Shown here piece by piece: positions 34,118 to 47,522 of a stretch of 64,000 nt of DNA (position 1 is the stretch's first letter; each line of letters opens with the position of its first letter). Both the position numbers and the translations under genes were made by a program. Below the pieces are notes generated by a model that did no database searches, was not told the origin of the DNA, and was given only the letters and a program-made list of their open reading frames with translations. The DNA is from Oikopleura dioica (lineage: Eukaryota; Animalia; Chordata). The stretch spans positions 7,502,001 to 7,566,000 of the forward strand of contig OU015568.1 of the NCBI GenBank assembly GCA_907165135.1, in the 5' to 3' direction.

Positions 34118-34361
34118 TCTTTAAACCATCTTTTCACGAATTTTGTTCAAATTTTTACATACATTTGACTATCCTTGAAACAGGCGAACTTCGACTAGCT
34201 GCACTTCCGAAATTAGCAATCCTCACAAGTTCACTTCAAATGAAAAAAAATCTTCACAAATAATGTAGTTTAAATTTTTATTACTATCTATCCTGACACA
34301 TGTTTGCATCACATGTGTGTTTTCACACATTCCTCAAAGAAAGAAAATCCTACCACTGCCC

Positions 34362-36153
34362 ATGGAAAAAACATGGTTACCCCATTCACTAAATCCGCTT
34401 TTTCTGAGTTAGAATGATAGTCTAGCTTGGTCGAGAAGAGCTCATCATGGAAGCTAGACGTCGAGGCAAGGACTCGAATCGAAATGAGGCGGCGGAGAGA
34501 AGCGATGACACTGTATGTCCCGATCCTGCCGTCAAATCTGACTATTATGTAGTCGCCCCGATTGATTACTGCGGCCCAGTTGGCAGGTCCGTCCGCCACT
34601 TCTTCCTCGCTCTAATTGAGGTAATTAAATGGTTATCTTTCAGAGTTCAAGTGCTTTGAAGTGTCAACTGCTCACGGGTCTAAATTTCATTCAGGTTGGA
34701 CAACCAATTTTGGTTCTGCTTCAAAGAAAACGAACTCCGCTGATGACACAATGCATGAAAGCGGCCTCGTTTCTCGGCACGGAGGATTTCTTGGGACTTT
34801 GGCTGACCTTTCTCCAACTTTGTGTGAACAGCCAGTTGGCCCGCATGTACAGTATTCTCATGGCCATCTCTATGTTTTCTGTTGGTTACTTTAAGGTACA
34901 CGGCTCTTTCTATAATTTTTCGTACTCATCGTTGAATTCAGGCAATTTTTCGTCTACCAAGGCCGCGTTTACCCCTCGTCAAGCCACTAGAACTCGCCCA
35001 AGACTGGGCCTTACCCTCCAACCACGCCACGATTGCATCATGCTTGCCGATGTATGTGTGGATCTTTAGTTACATAAATTCTGCTGCTCTAGGACTTTCT
35101 TCAGTACAAGTCGTCGGAATCTTTATTGTCATGTGTTCCTGGTCGCTTTCTGTAATGTTCAGGTAGAAGATTATTAACGCTGGTTCTTTCTATATTCGTT
35201 TTTAGTCGAATTTATATCGGAATTCACTCGCCGGCAGATGTCGTTACGGGTGGAATTTTAGGATGTTTTCTTTTGTCTCTCTTTCTTCAAATCGACAAAC
35301 AGGTGATATTTCTTTCATAATTGAAATTATCAAATTTTCTTTTTAGCTCGATTCACTTATTTCTCAAGAAAGCGCTCCCTGGATCGTCTTTCTTCTCGTC
35401 CTTTTTCTCTATCGCCTTTACCCAACCGTTGAATCGACGGATCCGGTATGATTTCAGCATTGAAATCTTTCAAACGACTTTCATTTAGGGCTTGAGTGAC
35501 GGAATCGCAGTATTAGGAGTAGCATTTGGTCAGATCCTGGCACGCTCTCTGAGCACTGGGCCTATTTTACCTGCAGTTTTCGAAGAAGCAACTGCTCTAT
35601 CATCCGCTAGATCAGTTTTTGTGAATTGTATCGTTCGGATGCTTCTCGCGGGAATCCTTGCTGGTTCAAGTGAATTCCTTCTGAAGGTTTTTAACCCCTT
35701 TCGTTCGGTTCGTTAACTCTGCTTTTTAGCCTCTATTAGTGTCTGCTTTTTCATCGTTCTATGATTTCCTGAGACTGGACTTCTACTCGGGCTCTGCTGA
35801 AAGAAAACGAGCTTTCAAAGACCCACAATTACGATACGCCAAACATTTAACTCAATCCTTCAGGTATTCATCATCGAATTAGTACTTGCGACTAACTTTC
35901 CCTCTTAGAATTCCACCTATTCATCTCGAAGGCTCAAAAGACGAAACTCAGTCTGAAATTCTGAGTCGACTTGCACACCCTCTTTTCATGCCATCTTCAA
36001 AATGGAACATTGACCTTCCAGTTAAATTTACGCTCTACAGGTAGATCACTTTCATGACTCAATCAATTCATCTTCGGTTCTAGCATCTTGATGTATTCTG
36101 TCGTCGAGATATTGCCCCTTGGCCTGGCTTATATTCCGAAGCAACTGCTCCAA
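34362..36153 (+). CDS. SGPP: Sphingosine-1-phosphate phosphatase (PAP2 family)
   Basis: ASFLGTEDF, LARMYSILMAISMFSVGYFK..CLPRP, WALPSNHA; later SRIYIGIHSPADVVTG; boundaries approximate. Confidence 0.8.
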
Positions 36154-37271
36154 TGAGTTCACTATTTGAAATTTCCAGACTTTCGAACCAATACCTGTAT
36201 ATCATGACAGTTTGTTCAGCGATTGCAATATAACTTAATGCGTCTACGACCATGATCACACATTACTGTATGAATATTCTATTCTATTCACTGTACCTAC
36301 TCGCACCGTTTCACCAACCAAGTTCAATGAAAAAAAATATACTATTCACATCTTCAGCCTGTTCAGTAAGAAAATATCCGGTCAGTTACCTCGCCATCTA
36401 GCCGTTTCATTTATGAATAAAAAAAGCAAACTACGAGCTTACAAACTCAATTACTAGTAGTTCTACTGTAATTCCTACACCAGTAAAGCTTCATGTTCTA
36501 CAGTAGACTACACTTAGTTCTGAACCGCTCCGATTTCTTCTAAGCTAACATCCTGCAAGAAATGAGACAGAAAAGGGTTGAAAGAGATAGGTTTTTATTG
36601 CTTTATGCAATTTGCGACAGGTTATCATTGCTTTTGCAATGAGATGCCGGTGGAAACTTGAACAGGTCAATTTCTTGCCAATAACCACCGGTCAGCTTTA
36701 TGCTGACTGATACAGTCAGACTTTGCCGCATGAACTCATCGTTTGACGAGCTCATGATGGACATCGCCTTGGCAGGCTTTGGAGGAGATGCCCTGGTTGG
36801 TGGGCTTGCTGCAGCATCTAAAATTATTAACGATTAGTATATTTTCAAAGCTTGGCAACTAAAAACTGTCAAATTCTCAGTGCAAATGTACTTACTAGCA
36901 GAACGTGTTGGCCGGACCTTCAAAATCCGAAGACTGAAATCCTGATTTTCATTTAGCCCTGATATCGACAACAATTCTAGAGATTTTGCAACACATGCAT
37001 CTAGAGAATCATCCTAAATTTGCACACCCTTCGGGGCAGGAACGGATAATGAAAATAAGGGAGATCTAGAAGGGCAAGAGAGAGCAGGCGAGCAGAATAA
37101 AGCGTGTTGTAAAGTTAATAACATGCAAATTCCATTCAAATTGGTTACTCAAGCATCACTCAAGGTTCTCCCAAAGCATTCCTACATTTGTTGAATTTAT
37201 ACCAATTCTTTCTCATTGTTGTCAGCACCAAACACATTTCGATCGAAAATTATCATCGAGAACTTTGTAGA

Positions 37272-39574
37272 ATGAATCTGGAGGAAAGAGAAAAGGCAAA
37301 AGAAGTACTGAGGCCGATCCTCACGCAGCCTGATTATGTGATGGAGCCGGGCTGCCATGCGACTGTGAGAAAATACATGAAACTTTGCAAAAATCCGGAG
37401 AAGGAGGCAAAAGACGTTATCATTATGCTTACAGATAACTACGCTGCGATCGCACAGGTTAATGAAAATCGACTACCAAATAAACATCCTTCCCTAGCAT
37501 GTAAATCTACTGTCCGAATGGCTTGTTCTATCAGGAATGACGGAAGCAGAAGTCCAAGCGCTCGTAGAAAACCATCTACAACAGCATCTTCTGAAGCATT
37601 TCGACGCTTCAAAGGCAGACGAACTCATCGCCAACGCCAGTAAAACCCCCGAATGGTTGATCAACATGATCGGTTACAAAAAATGGCGGCAATTGTTCTA
37701 CAAGTTGATCGAAGAAAACCCCGAGAGCATCTTCCTCAAATACGCAATCAAGTTGATCACGGACGCGGGCCACCAAGGGGAAATTACGAACTTGTCCACT
37801 GCCGCTAGCCAGCTCGACGTTTTTGCCAGAGTCATCAAAACAAGTCTCGAAACGTTGCTATCCTCGCCCGACGAAGAAATACAAGAAAAACTGCCGAAGT
37901 TCTGCGAAATGGTCAATCACACGGAACACACCTACCTCTTCACGCAAAGCTTGCTCACTGAGATTCAAGAAAAATCGTCAAAGTCCGGTCTCGTCCGTCG
38001 AATTTCTCAAGAAGTCGAGCTCTTTGCTAGAACCAGAGGCCATTCTGTCGATGCTGTTTGGTATGGATCTATTCCCGGCGCGACAAGGTGTGTATTTTTA
38101 CGAGCAATATGCAATTTATTCATTGACTTTGAAGATATCAAGAAGTTCTCGATGTTATAACAAAAGTGCTGCAGGACGTAAATCCACGCTCGTCAGATAT
38201 TGTTCGCATTTTCAAATTTTACAGAGACGTTGATGAACCACCGCCTGTTGATTTGTTGAGAGCGCCAGCAGTTTCGGAGATTTTCCTGAAGCTTCTTTTT
38301 ATTCCTTCACAGGTACACCACATAGGGAAGAGAATTCATCAAAAAGGATAGCAAAGAATAATCAGTTTCATTTCAAAATTTAATCAATTAAAATTCATTA
38401 GTGAAAAGTCATCACGTTTTGGTGTTCGAGCAAACAACTATCAAGCAGTAATCATTTAAAAATTTGATAATTTGCGATTAATAATCGTCCATTATTTTTA
38501 TACAGCAAGGTCTATGAGGAAATCTATATATACCTCAACCGACCAATTACGACACCTAGGAGTTATCTGCTTGGAACATCTGACCTATTCGGCAGATTGT
38601 TTTTTTTTTTGAAGATGGCGCTTTGATCTTATCATCTCTTTTTAGGCAAATATCCTGGACACAGATGGTCGTATGCGATGCATCTGGCTTTACGGGTACT
38701 CTTCTTGTGTGCACGAAGAGTGGGACAAAAATGGAAGGCGGCTTTCCATCGACCGAAATCCTCAAGAAATCGACAAGGCTACTCAAAGCATTGAAACAGT
38801 CTCCAACTTGCTTCAAGAGACAGAAGGCCCGCTCAACCTCATCAGTGTGCTTTCTTCGATCTTCCACGCAATCAAAGTCCCTTGTGTCGCTATTGGAGTG
38901 CTGAGATGGGTCGAAGCGACGACAACGCCGAAATATTTGGAGAAACAAGTCGAAGGAACGCCAGTTTCACTCGCTCTTGTTGATGAAGGTAGTTCTTGCT
39001 CTGTTGAATCCTGTTATATAAGCATTTCTAGTGGCTACATCACATGTCGCCTTGCACAATGATGTTATGAGGCTTCTCTGTCGGTTGTTAGAGAACCCCT
39101 TTCCATCAATGGACACTTTACTCGTTCTCAACTTGAAAAAATCTGTGCTCGATCGAATGGTACATCTGATCTCGAGGGGGTTCGTCCTGCCTGTTCTTAC
39201 GTACATTTCAAATATCTTCAACAATGACAAAATCGATGCTTCTCTAGGATCGTTGAAAAATATGTTTCTCGATAAAGTGTTGAATTCAGGATTTGTCAAC
39301 GCTAAAAAGTTCGTCATTTCGTTGGAGAGGTGCTTGAAATAGCAGCTCCGCCATATTCAGACGAACTTTTCGATCTGATGAAGCCACTAGCAGAAGTTCT
39401 TGCAAAGGTGAAATTCTTTGTCTTTCGAAATGAAGCTCATTTTGATTTTAGCACACGGGTTCTGAAGAAGGTCCGGCTCAAGAATTCCTGAATTCGAGAA
39501 ACGAAGAGGATATGCGTAGCGAGGAGAAACGCATGTTCGGCGAGACCGACTCGGACTCTAGCGACAGTGACTGA
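37272..39574 (+). CDS. NELFCD: Negative elongation factor C/D (TH1-like)
   Basis: QPDYVMEP, LTDNYAAIAQ, LLKHFDASKAD, WRQLFYKLIEENPESIFLKYAIKLITDAGHQGEIT..TAASQLDVF, LLLFEN-type C-terminus VLDRMVHLISRGFVLPV. Confidence 0.92.
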
Positions 39575-39646
39575 CTCTATTCTATTGTGCGATATTCTCT
39601 GACCACTGCCGAAAAAGAACAAAGGGTTATTATCCGCTTTTCAGAG

Positions 39647-40608
39647 ATGGATCTGGGATTGGAAGGTGCAGGGGCACAGGAGTTTTTCGATGAGCTTTCG
39701 GAAGATGATCACATGCCAGGGGTGGAAGAAGCGGAAGAGGCAAAAGATGGAAAGAAGAAAAAGGCCACAGCGGGTAAATTCGATAGTTTTTGAATATAAA
39801 TGAATCGAAATTCTCTTTAGCAAAGAAAAAGACTGTGAGCAATCGCGTAACCTTGAACGAAAATCGCGTTACAGGAAAGCAAGGTCTCGTTAAATATTTG
39901 TCATACTTCCAGGTGAGCTCCCAAGCTGCATTATTCATCGACAGGAGAGTGAACTTTAGAATATGAATTTGTCAAAGGAGAAAAACTCTGAGTACGCAAA
40001 TCTTCAAATCTTAATGTCGCGGTTAGAGCGTTGGAGCCACGATTTGTATCCGAAATTTACGCTGGACGCGACTCTCCAGAAGATTGAATCAATGGGCACG
40101 AAAAGCCTCGTAAGGTGATTATCGTCGAATTACTTTTCACGCAGTATAATTGAATTGTAGGAATACAATCAAGCGTATTCGGCTAAATGAGCTCAACGAA
40201 CAGCTTGATAACGAAAACGACGACTCAGTGCGCCGTGGCGATGTAGCGCAATCAGCAGAGGTAGCTCTTTTGTCCCTGCTTCGATAATATTTACATTCCA
40301 ATTTCAGGCTGCATTTGATGATCTCGCCCAGTTGGATGAAATGATAGAATCGAACCGGAAGCGCGCACTTTCAGACCCCGAATCGGGCGAATCACATAAC
40401 CCACCGAAAAAGACATTGACGGACGAGCAAAAAGCTAGAATGGAAGAAAACAAGCGAAAAGCGCTAGAGAAAAAGAGAGCTCGCGAAATGGAAGCCCTTG
40501 AAAAGGCAGCCGAAGAAGGTAGCTTCAATATTCTTTTGAGTTTGTAGCTTATGTTTTTCAGCTCGACAAAGAGAAGAGGACGAGCTACTCGCTGATTTCG
40601 ACATGTAA
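39647..40608 (+). CDS. TIPIN: TIMELESS-interacting protein (Swi3/Csm3 family)
   Basis: RVTLNENRVTGKQGL, ANLQILMSRLERWSHDLYPKFTLDATLQKIESMG; C-terminal LTDEQKARMEENKRKALEKK. Confidence 0.85.
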
Positions 40609-40718
40609 CCTCAATTTCCCTGATTTTCTGCCATTTATCAATCAACTGCCTGTATATTCCAGTTAGAAGCGACCTTCCCGTCAACTCGAAATTTCAGACC
40701 GCCAAAATTCTCAAATTC

Positions 40719-42255
40719 ATGAAAGAACAATCGAGATGGCGGGGAGACATGTACGATCCAAACGAGCACAACTGGCTCTATCACCAGCAGTTGATACGAG
40801 GAGATCTAAGGGGCTTCACAGAGCTATCAGATAAAGTGCCGGCTAAATCAACGTATTGTCATTTTACTGCCGGCGTTTTGAAGCGACATCATGGGAAGAT
40901 TTCTGACTCACTTCAGGAAAGGTTCAGCTCTTATCCATTACACTCATTCGGCCCAATCATCCCAATTTTATATATAAGAGAAACGCTTCTTGAACAAGTT
41001 TGAACCTAGAGAAGGAATTCCGAAGCCTGATGAAAGAAAACGACTCGGCGAAAATGGAGACAGTGCAAGCAGCATCGCGATCTCTCTATCTTCTTGGGCG
41101 ATACAAAGCGGCAGCAGACTCTCTAAACCAAATAGACAAGGCGAAGGAGTCCTCAGACTGGAAACACCATCTCTACCTTGGCCAATGTTACAAAGCAGCT
41201 GGACATACTGACAAAGCCTCAAAGCACTTCTCCAAGTCGCTGGAAAAGTCTCCAAATGTAGACGCTTATGTTGAAATGGCGGACTTAGCAAGTACGACTT
41301 CTGACAAGTCGAACGCGCTAGAGTCGATAAAGAAGGGACTTGAGCTCTTTCCAGAATCGCATAAATTGAGCCTCAAACATGGAGAAATATCGACTGACAG
41401 TCTATTGATAACAAGGAAGAGATTTCAAAAATCGACGTTCTTTAGTCATGAAATTGTTTTGTTGATCTCGGACAAGACGGGCTTTGCCAGAGACGGACCT
41501 CAACTATGCGATGCAATTTCTTCGCCTAGCCACCGAAAGCGATTCAGACGCATCTCTCATGCTCGGCGCTCTTATTCAGCGATCCTCCGCGGAAAAAGCC
41601 ATCGTTTGCTACAGAGAAGTTTACAATGAAAATCCTGCTTCTCCTCAACTTTGGGTAAGGAGCCTTTGTTCTCTGCTTGTTTTTATTAAGAGATTTAGAA
41701 TAATCTCGGAGTTCTGTGCATTCAAAAGGCAAGAAACTCGCAGCAATGGCCTGCTTCCGTCGAGCTACCTACATTGATCCGATGTTTTGGAAGGCGTGGC
41801 TGAACTTGGCCATGTTTTACTTGCGGAATGGACAATTAGTCGGCGCATTTAACGCATTTAGTCATGTACTTAGCCTCCATCGGAATGCATTTGTCTTCAA
41901 TTTATTCGCAGTGAACCTGCAACTTCTTGGTCAAATGGAAAACGCAGCCAAGGCATTTAAAAAATCGAAAAGAATGGAGAACGAGCTGGTCGATGTCAAC
42001 GAGCGACTTAACTGCCTGCATAACAGATTTGTTTTCTATGCGAATTATGATGGAATGAAAGATGGTGAGAGCAGGGATGATTTTAAAGAAAGACTATCAA
42101 AGGTAAGATCTCATCAAGGAATACATCACCTAAAATTTATTTAGAAACTCAGAGAAGAAAAACAAGTGTTGATTTCTGAAAGCCCGGAGCATCTGGAGCC
42201 CGAGTTAGAGAAAAGAATGAACTCGTTTTTTGCAGAATTTGGACTGACACTTTGA
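40719..42255 (+). CDS. BBS4: Bardet-Biedl syndrome 4 protein (TPR)
   Basis: NWLYH, AASRSLYLLGRYKAA, DWKHHLYLGQCY, PASPQLW, AAMACFRRATYIDPMFWKAWLNLA. Confidence 0.85.
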
Positions 42256-42365
42256 AGGAGTGATTCTTTCAGAGACAATTTATGTTTTGTAGCGCCTGTC
42301 AAATAGTTTATTTTTGTACCTTTTCATAACAGTTTTTTCGGTGATTAATTTGTTCGGTTTTCAGA

Positions 42366-44838
42366 ATGACAGATGCAAGTAGAGTTATAGCAACAGATGA
42401 TCAGGCGGCGTTGAGCAAGGCTTCGTGCGTGAAATTGGGCTACTGGGAGGACGAAGGCTTACTGAAGGTAACTTCGCCTTATAAGAGACAAATACGATGG
42501 CTGAAATTTAGGGATAATTGCACCCTTTGATTAATTTTTGTAGCTCATTCCGAAGGCGAAACGAAGGTCACCAATAATCAATGCAGGGTACTTCGTCCGC
42601 TTCAAAGTAATCTCGGACATAGTGAATAAAGTTCTGAACACAAAAGAAGCCCGCATCCGTCAATTTTTAATTCTGGGCGCGGGCAGCGATACAATGTACT
42701 GGCGGCTCAATTTGGGCAAGGAAAGAGAAGACATAAAGTGGTTCGAGATTGACTTTGAGAAAAATCTCAACTACAAGAGCTCAGTACTGGAGAAAGCATA
42801 TGGAAAGTCGAATGGGTACTTTCCTGTTCCGGCTGATTTGAGAAACATTCCTGAAATGGAAAAGAAACTTGTCGCAGCAGGGTTTGAACCCGATGAGCCA
42901 ACCTTTGTTCTATCTGAAGTCGTCTTAGGCAGGGTTTCAATTTAATGTGCCAAGGCTATCCCTTAATTTCTACATGGCTTTCCGAATCTAGTACTTTGAC
43001 AGCTTTATGGAATCGTCTCGACAAGATCTGTCGATTTATCGAACGAAAATTTAAAAAATATTGATAGTCTCGGACTTATGTGAACTTGAAAAATGCACTA
43101 GAAAACACAAAAACCGATAAAACTCGGAAATGAACTTGAAATCTAAAAATCGGCCTCGATAAAACAAAAGATTTTTTTATGAGGATTCTTAAAAGGTATG
43201 ATAGTACTAAGCTGGTACCTATAGTTTTTCCGCAAAACGAAAAGCAAATCTGGCACATTAAATTGAAACCGGACCTTAGTAAGGGTGGATAAAGATCAAA
43301 TTAATAAAATTAATAAAATATTATTATCTTTAGCTCAATTTTTATCCTTTTCCTAAGCATATCTTAACTCGAAACATTCAACGAATGTGATCAAATGGAT
43401 TGGAGAGCGCCTTCACCGAGCAACATTCTGCGAGTTCGAGCAAATAAACCCCGACTCTACTTTTGGGAATCGGATGATCACGCACTTTCAAAAGATGGGC
43501 TCTCCGATTCTCACTATTCAAGATCTGCGGACACTGTCTTCACGCGAGGAACGTCTCACGGAACACTTCAAGATCTCTTCCATCTGTCCTATTTATCCTC
43601 TTGCGCCGGATATAAGCGATATTGAGCCGTTTGATGAGTTCGAAGTGCTCCATCTTTACATGAAGCATTACTACATCGGATTTGGTACGAACTGTTCTGA
43701 ATCAGCAGATGAACTAAGCGAATACTTCTCTGATAACAGCTTCAAGCCTGGATCAACTGAAAGCAGCAAAAACTCCGCAGCATGTGAGGAAAGAATACGA
43801 TTTCCTGGGAGAACTTTCTCTGGCTATCAAATCGATTCTAAGAGAAAATTATGCGTTTCTGGACTTGGAGTTGATAACGAATCAAGTGCGAAACAAGACA
43901 ATGTCTCGACTCTTGTTGAAATCAAGGAAGAGAGCGCGAAAACATTGAATATCGATGCGGACGAGGTCCTACTCCCGCAAGTGGTTAGCCTGGCGGATAA
44001 ATTAGTGGTCTTCGGAGGGCGAAGAAATCCAAGAAAGCCGAATCAGAATTTGAAGGTTTTTCGATCGGGTGATTATGGAAATATTTTTGAAGAGAAGTCA
44101 GAAGTTTTTGGAGTTTACAGATCAGCGATTTGTAAAATCTCGGAGTCGAGCTTTTTGTGCTTCGGAGGCAGAAGAGCTGATGGTGCTTTCTCAAATAAGA
44201 TGGTGGAAATATCAGTGGAAGAGTCTGGAACTGTAGCAGTTTCCACGAGATATATCGTGTTTGAAGAAGAGTTGCCAAGACTAGCATCGGCTACATGTTC
44301 GAAATTGAGTGACACTGAATTTGAAATAATTGGCGGTCTACTGCCAAATGGAAAGATATCAGATGAAATATTGCGGATCAGAATTGACGGGTCGAAAGGT
44401 GAGAGACGTGCATTAGCTGCGAAACTAGATATTGAAATCTGTTGGCTTATAAATTTCATATTAGGCGAAATTACCTGGCGAAGAAAGCTTGATTTCGGTT
44501 TTTACGGACATTCAATACATATTTGTGAGACTGGCAACAGAATGCTAATTATTGGTGGAATCTCAACGCTCCACGAGATTAATGATGCTGGTAAGAGAGG
44601 AACCAGTTGTATCCAGTTGCGAGTGATTTTCTTTTTAGTTATTGAAATTGATAGAGAAAGCTGGAAAATCATGTCGATAAAAGAAATGAGCTCCAAAGAA
44701 TTATTACTCGTCGGAAACGGAGCTCGAGTAACGAAAGAATCAGAAAACCAGACAGAAATTGAGATTATCGGTGGCGGGGCGCACTGTTTTGCCTTTGGAA
44801 ATCACCTGAATCCACTGGTATCTACCATCTCTTTCTGA
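42366..44838 (+). CDS. LCMT2: Leucine carboxyl methyltransferase with Kelch C-terminus (LCMT2/TYW4)
   Basis: TDDQAALSKASCVKLGYW, RRSPIINAGYFVR, LGAGSDT, WFEIDF, PTFVLSEVVL; Kelch repeats VVFGGR/CFGGR; terminal GGGAHCFAFG. Confidence 0.85.
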
Positions 44839-44913
44839 ATCTATCCATAACAATCAATCAATGATAAACTGAACATCTAACCAGAACTTGACGGGCAACT
44901 CTTCCTTTTTAGA

Positions 44914-45562
44914 ATGACATACGATCCTCAAGTAGCCAAGTGGTTCAACAAAGTTGACACCAACCGAACTGGTGCTCTCAACGCTGAAGAGCTTCAAATG
45001 GTGAGTAAAAGATTTCATGAACATTTGTGTTAATTCTTTGAAGGCGCTTCGAAACAATGACTTGACTACCTTCGACATCGAGACCGTTTCGCTCATGATC
45101 CGAATGTTCGACAAGGACAACACAGGAACAATCGACGTTAATGAGTTCTGTCAGCTTTGGAAATACCTCGGTGACTGGCGAGGCTCATTCGATCGCTTTG
45201 ACCGCGACGGCGGCGGGAGCATTGACGAGGTGAGTCATCGACTCCATTATCTTCCTTGATTCCAATCCTTTTCTCAGCATGAACTTGGCCAGGCGTTGAA
45301 CGAGCTTGGTTACCGCCTCTCTCACCAGTTCGTCCAAGAAGCGATGCGAAAATTCGACTTTCGCCGAGAGCGCCGTCTCCAGGTAACTAACCAAATAAAT
45401 ATATCTTTCCTACATGAAAAACTCTAGTTTGATGGCTTCGTCCACTGTCTCATTCTTCTCCAACGCCTTACCACTGGCTTCCAGCAGTTCGATACTCAGA
45501 GAAACGGAAACGCCTACTTCTCCTACGAAGGCTTCCTTACTGCCGTCTTCAAACACACATAG
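44914..45562 (+). CDS. Penta-EF-hand protein (PDCD6/peflin-like)
   Basis: WFNKVDTNRTGALNAEELQ, MIRMFDKDNTGTIDVNEFCQLW, FDRDGGGSID, FDGFVHCLILLQRLTTGFQQFDTQRNG. Confidence 0.85.
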
Positions 45563-45839
45563 ATTCTTCCCAAACCAAATTGAGTTTCGCAAGAAGCATC
45601 CCTTGAACGATTCCTTCTAACATAAATCTCGCTCTACTACTTATTCTCACCTATTTACGACCTCTTTACAAGTCTTCTGTTATTGTGGCATCTTCCTTTA
45701 AAATTCCGTAAATGTTCAACCTTTAGCCTTACGAAATCTTGACTCTACTCGCAGTTATGCCTGAAACTAAATACTACCTAGGAAATCTTAATAAGCTTTG
45801 TTCAGAGATCATTAAATTTCGAGGGGCGAGTATAGAACA

Positions 45840-46025
45840 ATGGAGGAAGAGGACATGATTCTGCGTCGCAGGCGCGGATCTACAGAAGAATATGATGATC
45901 CTGATGACCACGACTCCGATCCAGGTTTGACGAATGATTAATCTATTTTCAAGGCTATTTTAGAAGACGAGATCGAACGCGTCTTCGGATCAAAGGACAA
46001 ACAACAAGATGATGTCGATCGAGAG
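45840..46025 (+). CDS. 5' exons of a small acidic hypothetical gene
   Basis: MEEEDMILRRRRGSTEEYDDPDD with GT-AG introns; continuation unresolved. Confidence 0.3.
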
Positions 46026-46452
46026 TAAGTTAGCCATATTTTAAAAGTTTATTCAATGAATTATCATCTCAATATTGAAGCGTAACAGACAGCTCTACTT
46101 TCTTTTGTGGAAACTTCTTTCCAAAAGTTACGATAGCAGTAGACAGTGGATCAAATTCTTGTAGAGAGGCCGACTCTAGCAATTTTCCTTTCTTGCTTTT
46201 CCCCTTCAGTATGAATGAGGCTTTCTTGAAATTTCCTAAATTCCGCCGATAAGATTTTTTTTAATTATGTGTTTGCAAATGAGTTTTAATAATTAATTAA
46301 AAAAACCTCCGAATTTGATAGAAACTTGAGCAGGTTGGGGCATTGTTTGATCTTGGTCCAACATTTTGTATTCGAACGACCAATTTTCAAGCATCACTGT
46401 CACATTCTCTTTTCTTATGAGCTAAAAAAAAAAGAGTTTTCTCATGCCCATT

Positions 46453-47053
46453 TCATTTTACCGGAAGGTCGTATGTTTTTGATCCATTTTGAAATGCCTT
46501 CAGCATTAGCAATGCGTTCATTTCATTGTCACTGGCCTTAGGTTGATCATTCTTTATTTTTGAAACTTCATTATCAAGTAGGTTGTATTTTTGAAATAGA
46601 GTTCCAATATGAGTTTGAAGATTTTCAATTGTCCCTTTTAGCTCGTCTATTTCTTGACGTAAATTGCTAATCTCATCTGATCTCGCATAATTTTCGGAGG
46701 CCGTTGCGGTAAAAAAGCTCTCACTTTCGAGGTCATCATGATTAGCCAGATCACTAACACTAGCGGCAGTACCAGGCATAGATACAATTGTGACTGAATC
46801 ATCATCTGGTTGATCCTCCATATTCTTTTTCTCGTTTTTTTTTTCTTTTCAAAATATTGTGCTGAAATAGAAGCGCCTCTTCTGAGATATTTACTTTTCG
46901 CAGAAAATATTGCATTGATTCGCGATAAAATGCTGACTGCGTTTCTCGTATTTTAATTATTTGTTTAGAATCGTCAACTCTGAGAAATACATGCTCCGGG
47001 AGTTCTTCTCGTTGTTCATTCTCATTTTCCTGATTGGAATCGCTTTCCTTCAA
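46453..47053 (-). CDS. Hypothetical coiled-coil protein
   Basis: ORFs 46802..47053 and 46453..46821; ISNLRQEIDELKGTIENLQ heptads. Confidence 0.4.
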
Positions 47054-47522
47054 CTTTCTGTCTTTCTCCGTTCTTACTTTCTTCAGGTAAACTCACATCT
47101 CTTTCATTTAAAGTTAACTCTCCCTAGAAATCATACGAAACTCCCCCTCCCCGAAGCTTTTTGCAGCCTAGCAAAGCAGACAATCATCTCTCTCTGAACT
47201 GGAGCAATTCTACGCCTTCACAGCAAATGTGAATACGACCAGCTTTCTTTATCAAAGTTTACCATTGTACATAACTACCTTCATCCTTATCCTCCTGTAA
47301 AACTGCAATTTCTCTCTCAGCCAGTAGAATCTCCCTCTTTCGTCACGATTACTCCCTCCCGCTATATTTCCGAAACAATTCTATTCTTCAAAAAATATAT
47401 TTTACTCATTTATCATTCAACCCTGCGAAATACCGTAGTCAATGATTACAAAAAAAAACTAAGCTTACTTACTCTTTCTAGTGGCATATTTCTGTCTGAT
47501 TCATAATAAACTTTCTGGAAGT

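Noticed and set aside
36540-37010. Possible small gene between SGPP and NELFCD
   Set aside because: A GTAAGT intron on the minus strand suggests a gene, but I could not derive one convincing frame or family, so it was not annotated.
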